In this document: one piece after another, positions 42,824 through 53,369 of the stretch | Layout of the letters: the number at the start of each line of letters is the position of its first letter | How positions within the stretch are numbered: the stretch's first letter is position 1 | Assembly (NCBI GenBank): GCA_900541805.1 | Contig: UQLH01000010.1 | Coordinates: forward strand, 185-64,184 | Source: an uncultured Collinsella sp. | GTDB taxonomy: Bacteria > Actinomycetota > Coriobacteriia > Coriobacteriales > Coriobacteriaceae | Length of the DNA: 64,000 nucleotides | Direction of reading: 5' to 3' | Program-made: the position numbers and the translations under genes | The notes under the pieces: model-generated | What the model was told of the DNA's origin: nothing | Seen by the model: the letters and a program-made list of their open reading frames with translations, nothing else | The model's database searches: none

Positions 42824-44677
42824 ATGCCGCTTTTCTCGCAACATACCGCCCGGTTCTCGCCGGACGTTCCCTTGGAGGGCACCAGCTCTCGCGAGCTGCT
42901 CAAGCGGTACCAGCCGCTCGAGACACTTGCGACTGGCGGTTTTGGCTCCATCGAGATCTGCCGCGACACGCACCTGCGCCGCCGCGTCGCCATTAAGCGC
43001 ATCCCCCTCACGGACGGCGCCGGCATGCCCGCCAGCGACATCATGGATGTCCTGCGCGAGGCGCACACTGCCGCCATGCTTCAACATCCCAACATCGTGC
43101 AGGTCATCGACTTTACGCACGACACAGCCTATGCCTACCTGGTTATGGAATATGTCGATGGCATGTCGCTGGCCGAGTTTTTGCACCGCGTGGACGGCCA
43201 CTCACTTACCTTTGACGAGGCCGCGGCCATTGCCGATGCCCTGGGCCAGGCGCTCACCTTCGCCCATAATAATGGCGTACTCCACCTGGACATTAAGCCC
43301 GCCAACGTGCTCATCGACCACTCGGGCAATGTAAAGCTCACCGACTTTGGCATGGCGCGACTGTCGTCCGCCGGTGGCTTTGGCGGCTCACGCGGCGGCA
43401 CCATCGGCTACATGCCGCCCGAGCAACTCGATATCGAGACCGGCACGGTCGACGAGCGCGCCGATGTCTTTGCCCTCGCCTGTGTGATCTACGAGGGCCT
43501 GTGCGGCAGCGCTCCCTTTATGGCGGCCACGCCCGCCGACTCGCTCGGCCGCATCATCGGCGGCGCCACCTATCCCAGCGAGCTGATACCACACTTTCCC
43601 CCGGGAGCCGAGGCCGCGCTCATGAGCGCGCTCTCCCCCATGCCGCAGGACCGCCCCAACAGCATCGAGGCATTTTGCGACCAGCTCCTTGCCGGTCTGG
43701 GCAGCGTGCGCGAAGGCCGTCGCAGCCTGGAGCAAATGGTTGGCGAGCTTTCGGATGACGAGCAGGAGCTCGACGATATCGAGCCGTCGCACTACGAGGA
43801 CGACGCCATCGAGGTCGACCCCGCACTCGGCTGGGCGGGCACGCGCTGGAGCCATGCGCGCGACTACACCATGCGCGCTATCTCGGCGCTAACGTGCGGC
43901 ACCTTTAGCTTTTTGCTGATGCAATCGGCCGGGGTCGCGGCGCTTCCCGGCCTGGTCATTGCGGTCATCGCGATCGGAGCGGCGGCTGGCCTGGCCCCCC
44001 AGATTGGCTCGGCCATCTCGGCTGTGGGCTTTTTGGTGCTCATGGCCAACGCCACCATGCAGGCACAGGGCATCCTGTCGATGCTGCCCGTCGCGGTGAT
44101 CTTTGCCGCTGCCATGTCCGGTTGGTGGATCGCCTGGGGTCGCACCGAGACTGCCGCGAGCACCACGCTCACCTGTGCACTCGCGCTTGGCTGTCTGACC
44201 GGCAATACCTTCCTGGCAGCTGGGGTCGCCGCCGGCGTCGCGTCATTTTGGCTCGGCCCGGCAAGCGCCGCCGCGGCAACGGGCATGGGCGCGCTTTTTG
44301 CCCGTCTGGCCACGGTCGCGCTTTCAGCCGGAGGCGTGCTGGGGCTCGGTAACGTTGCCGCAGCGCTGGGAGACCCGCTCCTTTGGGCTGCCTTTGTGCT
44401 GGTCGCGGCAACTGCCGCAGCGTCATCCGCGCTGCTCAATGCCCATGCCAAGCGTGTCGATCAGGGCTCAAACCTTGCCGCAATCGCCGCCATAGCTGTC
44501 ACCGGCGTCGGCTGCGCAGCGGCGTCCTGTCTTGCACACCATATGGAAATTGCCAGCCTTGCAGCCGCGGTCGTCGCCAAGGCGGCGGTTGCGGGAACCC
44601 TATCCTCTATAATCGTTGGGATATGCCTATATTTGCTCGGATACCAAAGAACCTATACGGAGAGTGATCTTTCGTGA
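42824..44677 (+). CDS. Ser/Thr protein kinase with a multi-TM C-terminus
   Basis: GGFGSI, VAIKR, HPNIV, HLDIKPAN, DFG and YMPPE. Confidence 0.9.
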   Translation: MPLFSQHTARFSPDVPLEGTSSRELLKRYQPLETLATGGFGSIEICRDTHLRRRVAIKRIPLTDGAGMPASDIMDVLREAHTAAMLQHPNIVQVIDFTHDTAYAYLVMEYVDGMSLAEFLHRVDGHSLTFDEAAAIADALGQALTFAHNNGVLHLDIKPANVLIDHSGNVKLTDFGMARLSSAGGFGGSRGGTIGYMPPEQLDIETGTVDERADVFALACVIYEGLCGSAPFMAATPADSLGRIIGGATYPSELIPHFPPGAEAALMSALSPMPQDRPNSIEAFCDQLLAGLGSVREGRRSLEQMVGELSDDEQELDDIEPSHYEDDAIEVDPALGWAGTRWSHARDYTMRAISALTCGTFSFLLMQSAGVAALPGLVIAVIAIGAAAGLAPQIGSAISAVGFLVLMANATMQAQGILSMLPVAVIFAAAMSGWWIAWGRTETAASTTLTCALALGCLTGNTFLAAGVAAGVASFWLGPASAAAATGMGALFARLATVALSAGGVLGLGNVAAALGDPLLWAAFVLVAATAAASSALLNAHAKRVDQGSNLAAIAAIAVTGVGCAAASCLAHHMEIASLAAAVVAKAAVAGTLSSIIVGICLYLLGYQRTYTESDLS

Positions 44678-45687
44678 ACTTCCTGAACATCTTCGAGGAC
44701 CACGTGGCCGGCATCTTCGGTGCCACCCGTGCCCCGTTCTCCTTTAAGAAGCTTGCCAAGCAGGCCGCTCGCGACATGGAGGATCAGACTCTGGTGATCA
44801 ACGGCGTCAACACGGCGCCGGCACTCTATACCATCCTTATCGCCGCCGACGACGATCCCATGCTCGCCCCGTTCTACCCCGAGCTTTCGCGCGAGGTCCG
44901 CGAGTTTGTGAAGGCGCAGGCCGAAAAGCGCCGCTATGTCTTTGTCGGCGAGCCCCTCGTGCGCTTTATGATCGATCCGCAGCTGCGCGCCGGCAAGTTC
45001 TCGGTCTTTGCCGAGAACGTCGATGCCCCCACGCTCGGCCGCCTGTACGAAGAAGAGCGCGCCTATCAAAACGGCCTGGGCCAGAACAACTCCGCGGCAA
45101 GCCGTGCCGCCAGCGCCCCGCGCGCCGGCCAGCAGCAGTTTGCTGCCCCGCAGCAGCAGCGCCCCGCCGCCATGCCCCAGCAGCAGCCGACGCCTCGCGC
45201 CGCCGCTCCCGACCCGCTTGCCGTGGCAGACCCCTTCGCGCCTAGCGTCCCCGACCCCGCCGCCGCACCCATCCCGGTGCCGCAGACCGTCTCGCGCGAC
45301 GCGCTTGCCGGCATGGGCGGAGCCGCCGCGACCGGTGCCGCCGTGGGCCTAGGCGCCGCAGCCGGCATCGCCTCCAACATGGCGAGCACTCGCGCCCCGC
45401 AGCGTCCACTCGCCCAGCTCGTCGACGTCGTGAGCGGCGAGAGCCATAGCATCACCTCCGCACAGGTGACCATCGGTCGCGAGCGCTCAGTTTCCGACAT
45501 TGCCCTGCGCGACCCCAACGTGTCGCGCCGCCACGCCCAGCTCACCTTTACGGGCTCGGATTGGTCGATCGAGGATCTCAATTCCACCAACGGCACGCTC
45601 GTCAACAACCGCCGCATTACGCGCTGCCCGCTGCGCAACGGCGATCTGCTGACGTTTGGCCTGAGTACCTTTGAATTTAGGGGATAG
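44674..45687 (+). CDS. fhaA: FhaA-like protein (DUF3662 + FHA)
   Basis: N-terminal DUF3662-like region, Pro/Ala linker, IGR, VSRRHA and STNGT. Confidence 0.85.
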   Translation: MNFLNIFEDHVAGIFGATRAPFSFKKLAKQAARDMEDQTLVINGVNTAPALYTILIAADDDPMLAPFYPELSREVREFVKAQAEKRRYVFVGEPLVRFMIDPQLRAGKFSVFAENVDAPTLGRLYEEERAYQNGLGQNNSAASRAASAPRAGQQQFAAPQQQRPAAMPQQQPTPRAAAPDPLAVADPFAPSVPDPAAAPIPVPQTVSRDALAGMGGAAATGAAVGLGAAAGIASNMASTRAPQRPLAQLVDVVSGESHSITSAQVTIGRERSVSDIALRDPNVSRRHAQLTFTGSDWSIEDLNSTNGTLVNNRRITRCPLRNGDLLTFGLSTFEFRG

Positions 45688-45693
45688 TCGCTT

Positions 45694-46110
45694 ATGAACA
45701 TCGATATCGTCCTTTTTGCAGGCCGCATCGTCCTGGTCGCCCTGCTCTATATCTTTCTGTTCGCCGTCATGAAGACCGGCGTGGGACTTGTGCGTGGACA
45801 GCGCCGCGACTCGGCTATCTGGACGATCGATGTGGACAAGGGTCCGCGCGGTATCCGCGGCATCCACGTAGACATGCTCGGCCCCGTCATCGTCGGTCGC
45901 TCGCCATCTTCGGACATCTGCATCAACGAACCGTTCGTTTCAGCCTCGCACGCGCGCTTTTCGCTGCAGGGCCCGGCGCTCATCATCGAGGACCTCAACT
46001 CACTTAACGGCACGCTCGTCAACGGCCGCCAACTCGTGGAGCCCGCGACGCTGCGTGAGGGCGACGAAGTCCAGATTGGCGACGTGGTCATGAAGGTGAA
46101 CCGTCGATGA
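45694..46110 (+). CDS. fhaB: FhaB-like membrane FHA protein
   Basis: N-terminal TM helix, VGRS, SASHA and SLNGT; synteny. Confidence 0.85.
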   Translation: MNIDIVLFAGRIVLVALLYIFLFAVMKTGVGLVRGQRRDSAIWTIDVDKGPRGIRGIHVDMLGPVIVGRSPSSDICINEPFVSASHARFSLQGPALIIEDLNSLNGTLVNGRQLVEPATLREGDEVQIGDVVMKVNRR

Positions 46111-47906
46111 TCGACGAGGAGAACAAGTCCGCAACTATGACCGAGGCACCGGCCGCCGCCACAGCTGCGCCGGCCCACGCCGCTCCGGCGGGCTCCGCAC
46201 CCGTGGAGCCCGAGGACACCGTGTTCTCCCTGCCTCTTTCGCATGTAACGCATGATATTTCGGATCTCGCCGATAACGAGGACGAAGAGGATGCCGTAGC
46301 GGCGCCCATCGGCGCACATGCTGCGGAACAGCCCACAGCGCCCGAAGCAACCCCGGCGCCGGCTCACTTTGCAGAGCCCGTCGCCGCGGCAATCAACGAG
46401 AGCGCTGCGGTGTTTGCGGCACCCGAGCCCGCCGCGCCGGCGTTTCCCATGGCCCCGGCGTCCGAGGTTGCGCCCGCGTCTACGCCGGCGCCCGAGCCTA
46501 TAGACGTCAGCCCGCAAGACGACGAGTCGACCGCCCGCGTGTCCGAGGAGCCCGACTCCCCGGACACCGGTGATTCCGAATCAAACGCCGTGACCGACAC
46601 CGTCTCTCCCGGTGACACCGCCGAAATCGACGTTGCCGCCGTTGAGGCCAAGCTCAAAGACCCCGGCTCGACCATGAGCTTTGAGCCCCTGACCGAGGAG
46701 CGCATCGAGACCGACTCGACCTATGATGCCGGCACCACCACGCAACTTATGTGGGGCGCCCGCTCCGACGTTGGCTGCGTGCGCCCGCACAATGAGGATT
46801 CCTACCTGGTGCAGTCGCCGCTCTTTTGCGTATGCGACGGCATGGGTGGTCACGCTGCCGGCGAGGTAGCCTCTTCCATCGCCGTCGAGACTATTGCCAA
46901 GACGGCCCCACAGTCCGCCGACGCAGCACGCCTGGCCGCAGCCGTCGAGGCAGCCAACGCCGCCGTAATCGAGGCGGCCCTGAACGGCCTGGGCAAGCCC
47001 GGCATGGGCTGCACAGCCACCTGCGCCTACATCGAAAACGACACGCTCGCCATCGCCCACGTGGGCGACTCTCGCGCCTATCTGCTCCACGAGGGCACGC
47101 TCATCCGCGTGACCCGCGACCACTCCTACGTGGAGGAGCTCGTGGACGCCGGCGAGATCACGGCAGACGAGGCTCGCGTCCACCCCAACCGTTCGGTCAT
47201 CACCCGCGCACTGGGCTCGGACCCCGCCATGTATGCCGACCACTTCACTCTGCATATCGAGGAAGGCGACCGTCTGATCCTGTGCTCCGACGGCCTCTCG
47301 AGCATGATTCCCGATAGCGATATCGAGAACATCGCCACGCAGTCCTCAACCGCGCAAATCTGCGTCGACAACCTAGTGGACGCGGCGCTTGCCGCCGGCG
47401 GCCACGACAACGTGACCGTAGTAGTCGTTGACCTGGTTGACGATGGCGTTATGCGCGAGGCGCAACGCGTGCGTCGCCGCAACATTACTATCGCCGCCAT
47501 CCTGGCCCTCGTCTTTGTGCTGGCAGCTGGCATCTGGGCCTACACGGGTGTCACCGGCTCATACTACCTGGGTACCTACCAGGGCAATGTCGCCGTCTGG
47601 CGCGGTCTGCCCGGCAAGCCGCTCGGACTCAAGCTCCACTGGCTCGAGAGCGAAACCAGCATTAAGCTGTCCGACCTGCCCGAAGACACGCAAAACCGCC
47701 TCAAGGCGGGCATTCCGCAAACAAGTATCGACGATGCGCAGGACACGATATCCAAGTACCGCCACCAGATCGACGAGGAGCAGACCCGCCAGGTGATCGA
47801 CGCGCAAACGATTCGCGACAACACCAATCAGGGATCGACCTCCGAATCAGATTCCGAGAAAACCGCCGAACAGTCCGCCGAGGCCGAAGCCTCCGATAAG
47901 AACTAG
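46107..47906 (+). CDS. pstP: PP2C-type Ser/Thr phosphatase (PstP/Stp1)
   Basis: RPHNED, CDGMGGH, HVGDSRAY, CSDGL and GGHDN; TM helix; long acidic N-terminal extension. Confidence 0.9.
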   Translation: MIDEENKSATMTEAPAAATAAPAHAAPAGSAPVEPEDTVFSLPLSHVTHDISDLADNEDEEDAVAAPIGAHAAEQPTAPEATPAPAHFAEPVAAAINESAAVFAAPEPAAPAFPMAPASEVAPASTPAPEPIDVSPQDDESTARVSEEPDSPDTGDSESNAVTDTVSPGDTAEIDVAAVEAKLKDPGSTMSFEPLTEERIETDSTYDAGTTTQLMWGARSDVGCVRPHNEDSYLVQSPLFCVCDGMGGHAAGEVASSIAVETIAKTAPQSADAARLAAAVEAANAAVIEAALNGLGKPGMGCTATCAYIENDTLAIAHVGDSRAYLLHEGTLIRVTRDHSYVEELVDAGEITADEARVHPNRSVITRALGSDPAMYADHFTLHIEEGDRLILCSDGLSSMIPDSDIENIATQSSTAQICVDNLVDAALAAGGHDNVTVVVVDLVDDGVMREAQRVRRRNITIAAILALVFVLAAGIWAYTGVTGSYYLGTYQGNVAVWRGLPGKPLGLKLHWLESETSIKLSDLPEDTQNRLKAGIPQTSIDDAQDTISKYRHQIDEEQTRQVIDAQTIRDNTNQGSTSESDSEKTAEQSAEAEASDKN

Positions 47907-47922
47907 AAAGGGAGTGCCGCTT

Positions 47923-50793
47923 ATGAGTCGCCGCAACACCGAGCTGCTCTTGCTCATCGCCTCGGCGTTCCCCGTCATCCTGCTGTATGCGATGTACGTG
48001 CTCACTGCGGGCGCCGCTATCTCCTTTGAGACGCTCGCCGTACCGATCGGCCTCTTTGCCGCCTTTGCCGCGGCCCACATTGCCGTGCGCATCTTGGCGC
48101 CCGGTGCCGACCCCGCCATCCTGCCCATCGTATTTATACTTTCGGGCATCGGCATCACGTTCGTGACGCGTCTCGCCCCCGCTCTCGCCATCTCACAGCT
48201 CATCATCCTGTTTGTCTCGGTGGCGCTCATGGTGGGAACGCTTGCACTAGTCAAAAACCTCGACGTGGTCATGCGCTACAAGTACACCTTTGGCATCATC
48301 GGCATCATTCTGCTGATGCTGCCTATCTTTATCGGCACCACGATCTCGGGCTCCAAGCTGTGGATTCGCATCGCGGGCTTCACCATCCAGCCCGGCGAGT
48401 TCGCCAAGGTCTTCATCGTCCTGTTCCTGGCAGGCTATCTGGCCGAGAACCGTGAGCTGCTCTCCATCTCCAACCGCAAGATCTTGGGCCTCAAGATTCC
48501 GCGCTTCCGCCTGCTGCTGCCGCTGTTTGCCGTGTGGGGCGTGTGCCTGCTCATCGTCGTCTTCGAACGCGACCTGGGCTCGGCCGTCCTGTTCTACACC
48601 ATCTTTTTGCTGATGCTCTATGTTGCCACGGGACGCTTTTCGTACGTCATCATCGGCCTTGCGCTGCTGGCCGTTGGAGCCGTGGGCGCCTACAAGTTCC
48701 TGTCGCACGTACAGGTGCGCTTTCAGGTCTGGGTCGATCCGTTTAAGGATGCCCAGGGCCAGGGCTACCAGATCGTACAGTCACTTTACTCGCTGGCTGA
48801 CGGCGGCCTGGTTGGCGTCGGCATCGGCAATGGCATGGCAAACAACATCCCCGTCGTCGAGTCCGACTTTATCTTCTCGGCCATCGGCGAGGAAATGGGC
48901 CTTTTGGGCGGCGGCGCCGTGCTCATCCTGTTTATGCATTTTGCCGTGCGTGGCCTCACCACGGCCGCCCGCGCCAAGTCCGACCTTGCCGCCTTTAGCA
49001 CGACTGGCCTTACGGCGGCCATCAGCTTCCAGGCATTCTTAATCGTTGGCGGCGTAACCCGCCTGATCCCGCTGACCGGCGTCACCCTGCCCTTTATGAG
49101 CCAGGGCGGCTCCTCGCTGCTGGCGAGCTTTATCATCGTCGCGCTGCTGCTGCGCGCCGGCGACGAGGCAACCGGACGCGAAGCCGAGCTCACCGGCACC
49201 GGCACCATGGCCGCCATCACCGATGACCAGGTCGCATCCGCCGCTGCCCCGACCGGTACGCGTTTTGCCAACGCACCTTCCTACAGCCACGGCAACCACT
49301 CCGCGGGCTCTCGCATGCGTCGTCGCCTGCTCGACACGCCTGAGTCCGGCGTGCTCGGCCGCGTGGCACTTGCCAACCGTCTGACTCGTGCCGTGTTTGC
49401 CTTTACGGCGCTGTTCGCCATCCTTATCGGCAACCTCACCTATGTCCAGGTCATTAAGGCGAAGGACTATCAGGACATGCCGACCAACAACCACACCATC
49501 GCCCGCTCCAAGTACATCCAGCGTGGCTCCATCATCACGTCCGACGGCGTGACGCTAGCCGAGTCGCTGCAGCAGGAGGACGGCACCTACGCCCGTTCCT
49601 ACCCCAACGGCAACATGGCCGCGCACGTGGTGGGCTACGTGAGTCAGCAATACGGCACCGCCGGCATCGAGAGCGTCATGAACGATACGCTCACCGGCTC
49701 CAAGGATTACTCCAGCTGGAACAACGCCATTGCATCGCTCGCAGGGCAGACCCAGCCGGGCAATACCGCCAAGCTCACCATCGACTCGCGCATCCAGACG
49801 GCTGCCGAGCAGGCGCTCAAGGGCTTTAAGGGCGCTGTGGTGGTCATGGATCCGCGCACCGGTGCGGTCCTTGCGTGCGCAAGCTCGCCCACCTACGACA
49901 ACACCAACATCGATGCGCTGCTCCAGTCGGGCGGCGGCGAGGACGGCTCCATGTACGATCGTGCCATGGACGCGCTCTACACCCCGGGCTCGACCTTTAA
50001 GGTCGTCACGCTCTCCGCGGCGCTCGAAACCGGCACCGCCAGCCTTACCAGCACGTACCAGGCGCCCGGCTCCATGGATATTGGCAACGCGCCGGTCACC
50101 AACTCTGCCAACGAGAGCTACGGCACCATCAGCCTGCAGCAGGCCTTCGCCGTGTCGTCCAACGTCGTCTTTGGCCAGGTGGCAAACGAGGTCGGTGCCA
50201 GCTCGCTCGTCCAGTTTGCCAACGCCTTTGGCTACGGTCAAAAGCTCGGTCAGGATCTGACCACCGCGGCTTCCATCATGGCCGACCCGTCGCTTATGAC
50301 CGAGTGGGAGACCGCTTGGGCAGGCGCCGGCCAGCCCGTCGGTATGGACCACACGCCTGGCCCGCAGACCACCGTTATGCAGAATTGCGTGATCGCTGCC
50401 GCTATCGCCAACAGCGGCGTCGTCATGGACCCGTTCTTTGTGTCCCAGATACTCGCCCCGGACGGAACCGTGGTTAAGACCACGCAGTCCCGCTCGCTGG
50501 GCCAGGCTGTCAGCTCTGCCACGGCCGACCAGGTCAAGCAGGCCATGCTCGCCGTCGTCCAGTCCGGCACCGGCACCGATGCCCAGATTCCGGGCGTCAA
50601 GGTTGCCGGCAAGACCGGTTCGGCCGAGACCGGCGGCACCAACGTCAACTCTATGTTTGTTGGCTTTGCACCTTACGATTCACCCACGGTTGCCATCTCG
50701 GTGGCCCTGGAGGATTACGACAAACACGACGTCGAGGCGGCCAAGATTGCCGGCATCGTCCTGACCGCGGCGCTCGCCGCACAGGGAGCGTGA
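47923..50793 (+). CDS. rodA: RodA/FtsW (SEDS) fused to a PbpA-type transpeptidase
   Basis: SEDS motifs QPGEFAK, DLGSA, SDFIF and PLTGVTLPFMSQGGSS; then STFK, SSN and KTG in the same ORF. Confidence 0.92.
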   Translation: MSRRNTELLLLIASAFPVILLYAMYVLTAGAAISFETLAVPIGLFAAFAAAHIAVRILAPGADPAILPIVFILSGIGITFVTRLAPALAISQLIILFVSVALMVGTLALVKNLDVVMRYKYTFGIIGIILLMLPIFIGTTISGSKLWIRIAGFTIQPGEFAKVFIVLFLAGYLAENRELLSISNRKILGLKIPRFRLLLPLFAVWGVCLLIVVFERDLGSAVLFYTIFLLMLYVATGRFSYVIIGLALLAVGAVGAYKFLSHVQVRFQVWVDPFKDAQGQGYQIVQSLYSLADGGLVGVGIGNGMANNIPVVESDFIFSAIGEEMGLLGGGAVLILFMHFAVRGLTTAARAKSDLAAFSTTGLTAAISFQAFLIVGGVTRLIPLTGVTLPFMSQGGSSLLASFIIVALLLRAGDEATGREAELTGTGTMAAITDDQVASAAAPTGTRFANAPSYSHGNHSAGSRMRRRLLDTPESGVLGRVALANRLTRAVFAFTALFAILIGNLTYVQVIKAKDYQDMPTNNHTIARSKYIQRGSIITSDGVTLAESLQQEDGTYARSYPNGNMAAHVVGYVSQQYGTAGIESVMNDTLTGSKDYSSWNNAIASLAGQTQPGNTAKLTIDSRIQTAAEQALKGFKGAVVVMDPRTGAVLACASSPTYDNTNIDALLQSGGGEDGSMYDRAMDALYTPGSTFKVVTLSAALETGTASLTSTYQAPGSMDIGNAPVTNSANESYGTISLQQAFAVSSNVVFGQVANEVGASSLVQFANAFGYGQKLGQDLTTAASIMADPSLMTEWETAWAGAGQPVGMDHTPGPQTTVMQNCVIAAAIANSGVVMDPFFVSQILAPDGTVVKTTQSRSLGQAVSSATADQVKQAMLAVVQSGTGTDAQIPGVKVAGKTGSAETGGTNVNSMFVGFAPYDSPTVAISVALEDYDKHDVEAAKIAGIVLTAALAAQGA

Positions 50794-50925
50794 TGCCCGT
50801 GATCAAAGCGGATACTTGCGGCGCGCCGCGGCCGATGAGCTAGCAGCAACGCGCCACACGGCCCCAGCGGCCACACATTTGGTACTACACACATCGTTGA
50901 GCGAATAGTTATGTTAGGAGCAGGA

Positions 50926-52875
50926 ATGGAACAGAGGGTCCTCGGGGGAAGATACCTCCTCAAGGATAAGGTGGGAACGGGCGGTATGGCGACCGTCTTC
51001 CGTGCACAGGATCAGGTCCTCGACCGCACGGTTGCCGTCAAGATCATGCTGCCGCAGTATGCCGGCGACGCCACCTTCGCCGCCCGCTTTAAGCAGGAGG
51101 CCCAGGCAGCGGCCGGCCTGTCCTCCCCCTATATCGTGGGCGTCTACGACTGGGGCAAGGATGGCGACACCTATTACATCGTCATGGAGTACCTGCGCGG
51201 TACCGACCTTAAGAGCGGCATCAAGAGCCACGGCGCCCTCGATCCCAAGAAGGTCGCGCAGATCGGCTCGCAGATCAGCTCCGCGCTTTCGGTCGCACAC
51301 AAGCACGAGATCATCCACCGCGACATTAAGCCGCAAAACATCATGGTGCTGCCCGACGGCAACATCAAGGTAATGGATTTTGGCATCGCACGCGCCAAGA
51401 ACAGCCACCTCACGCAAGACAACAACGTGCTGGGAACCGCCCACTACGTCAGCCCCGAGCAGACCCGCGGTCAGGACCTCGGCCCCACCTCGGATATCTA
51501 CTCGCTGGGCGTCGTGATGTACGAGTGCGCCACCGGCCGCGTTCCCTTTGACGGTGACGACGCCATCTCGGTCGCACTCAAGCAGGTCAACGAGCTGCCT
51601 ATTCCGCCGAGCCAGATCAACTCCGGTGTCGACGCCGACCTTGAGCGCATCATCCTCAAGTGCATGGAGAAGGACCCGGCAAACCGCTTCCAGACCGCCG
51701 ACGAGCTGCGCCAGGTGCTCAACAGCTACCTGTCGGGCCGTGCCGTCAACGTCTCGGAGCCCACGCGCATCATCGGTGCCCCCGGTGAACTGGGCGCCAC
51801 CAAGACTCGCGAGCTTTCTGATCAGACGCGCGCCATGGTGCGTCCCGTCTCGGGCGTGAGCGGCCAGAATACCGCCCGTAGCTCGGTTTCGGGCTCCACC
51901 GGCTCCTACGAGGTCGAAGAGGCCAAATCCAACAAGAACAAAATCATCGCCGCCGTGGTGGCAGCCGTTGCCGTCATCGGCATCGTGGTGGCCTTTGCCA
52001 CAGGACTCTTTGGCGGCGAGCAGGTCACCGTGCCCGACGTTCTGGGCAAGGACCAGCAGACTGCCGTCGAGCTGATCAAGGAAGCCGGCCTCGAGGTCGG
52101 CACCATCGACCAAAGCTACAACGACGATGTCGACGAGGGCAAGGTCGCCGAGCAGACGCCCAACGGCAACACCAAGAAGGCCAAGGGCACTAAGGTGAAC
52201 CTGGTAATCTCCAAGGGCCCCAAGCCCTCCGAAAAGGTTGAGGTTCCCCAGCTTCTCGGCCTGACCAAAGACCAGGCAGAAGCCGCACTGGCAAGCGTTG
52301 GCCTGAAGGGCAACGCCTCCGAGGAGGCCAACGAGGCCGATGAGGGCCAGGTCTTTGAGCAGGGCACCGAAGCCGGTAAGGAAGTCGCGAAGGGCACGAC
52401 CATCTCGTACAAGGTCTCGAGCGGCCCGGATACCACGTCCGTCCCCGATCTGACCGACATGACCGAGGCCCAGGCGCGCAACGCCCTCGATATGGCAGGC
52501 TTTGGTGTCGACGTGAGCTACCAGGAGAACGACTCGGTTACCGAGGGCACCGTGATCAGCTGGAACCCCAGCGGCAAGCAGAAGCCCGGCGCCACGATTA
52601 CCGTCGTCATCGCCAAGAAGTCCGGCAAGGCCACCGTCCCGGGCAACCTGTACGGCAAGAGCATTTCCGCCGCCGTTACCGCGCTCAACAACGCCGGTTT
52701 CTATAACATTGGCTTCTGTGACCAGAACGGCAATCCCGTAAGCGGTAACGAGGATGCCACCGTTACGGGCGTCTCCCCCACCGGCAAGCAGTCTACCGAC
52801 AACACGATCACGCTGACGGTTTCGGTTTCTGGCTCTGGTACTGATTCAGGCGACGATTCCGGCACGACTAACTAG
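50926..52875 (+). CDS. pknB: PASTA-domain Ser/Thr kinase (PknB/Stk1)
   Basis: GTGGMATV, HRDIKPQN, DFGIAR and YVSPEQ; TM helix; four PASTA-like repeats. Confidence 0.95.
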   Translation: MEQRVLGGRYLLKDKVGTGGMATVFRAQDQVLDRTVAVKIMLPQYAGDATFAARFKQEAQAAAGLSSPYIVGVYDWGKDGDTYYIVMEYLRGTDLKSGIKSHGALDPKKVAQIGSQISSALSVAHKHEIIHRDIKPQNIMVLPDGNIKVMDFGIARAKNSHLTQDNNVLGTAHYVSPEQTRGQDLGPTSDIYSLGVVMYECATGRVPFDGDDAISVALKQVNELPIPPSQINSGVDADLERIILKCMEKDPANRFQTADELRQVLNSYLSGRAVNVSEPTRIIGAPGELGATKTRELSDQTRAMVRPVSGVSGQNTARSSVSGSTGSYEVEEAKSNKNKIIAAVVAAVAVIGIVVAFATGLFGGEQVTVPDVLGKDQQTAVELIKEAGLEVGTIDQSYNDDVDEGKVAEQTPNGNTKKAKGTKVNLVISKGPKPSEKVEVPQLLGLTKDQAEAALASVGLKGNASEEANEADEGQVFEQGTEAGKEVAKGTTISYKVSSGPDTTSVPDLTDMTEAQARNALDMAGFGVDVSYQENDSVTEGTVISWNPSGKQKPGATITVVIAKKSGKATVPGNLYGKSISAAVTALNNAGFYNIGFCDQNGNPVSGNEDATVTGVSPTGKQSTDNTITLTVSVSGSGTDSGDDSGTTN

Positions 52876-52927
52876 TCGAGGACCCATCACCCGCAGCGGC
52901 TAGGGCCGCAAACATATTCGCTCAACG

Positions 52928-52965
52928 GCGCCCGCTTGCTCCCCCGCAAGCGGGCGCTTTATTTA
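52928..52965 (+). terminator. Intrinsic terminator after pknB
   Basis: GCGCCCGCTTGC-TCCCCC-GCAAGCGGGCGC-TTTATTT. Confidence 0.8.
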
Positions 52966-53369
52966 TCGACAGACCATGGCCCCTTAGCAACGCAAAGAGG
53001 CCCGCAAAAGCGAGCCTCCCAGGTGACAACAGAATATGTAATGCAGTAATTACTGGCCGCAGAACTTCACCATGATCTCGACCATGGACTCTTGCCTATG
53101 GACAAAATGTCCATAGGCAAGGAGATGAAAGAGTAAGGACAACGCCCTCTAAAAGAAGGCCGTATATGAAGATTGCATATCCCTTTTGCCTTCATATACT
53201 CAAGAAGCACCCCTCGAAGCGCTCCTGAGAGGCCCCCTTGGATGCAACCCAGGGGATCCAGATTCTGGTAGACATCGGCGCAGCAAAATCCTGCCGCGCA
53301 GGCACGAACGGACATCTTGACTCCTAACGCAATGCGGGGCGCCCCAAGACACCCCGCCACGACAAAAAA

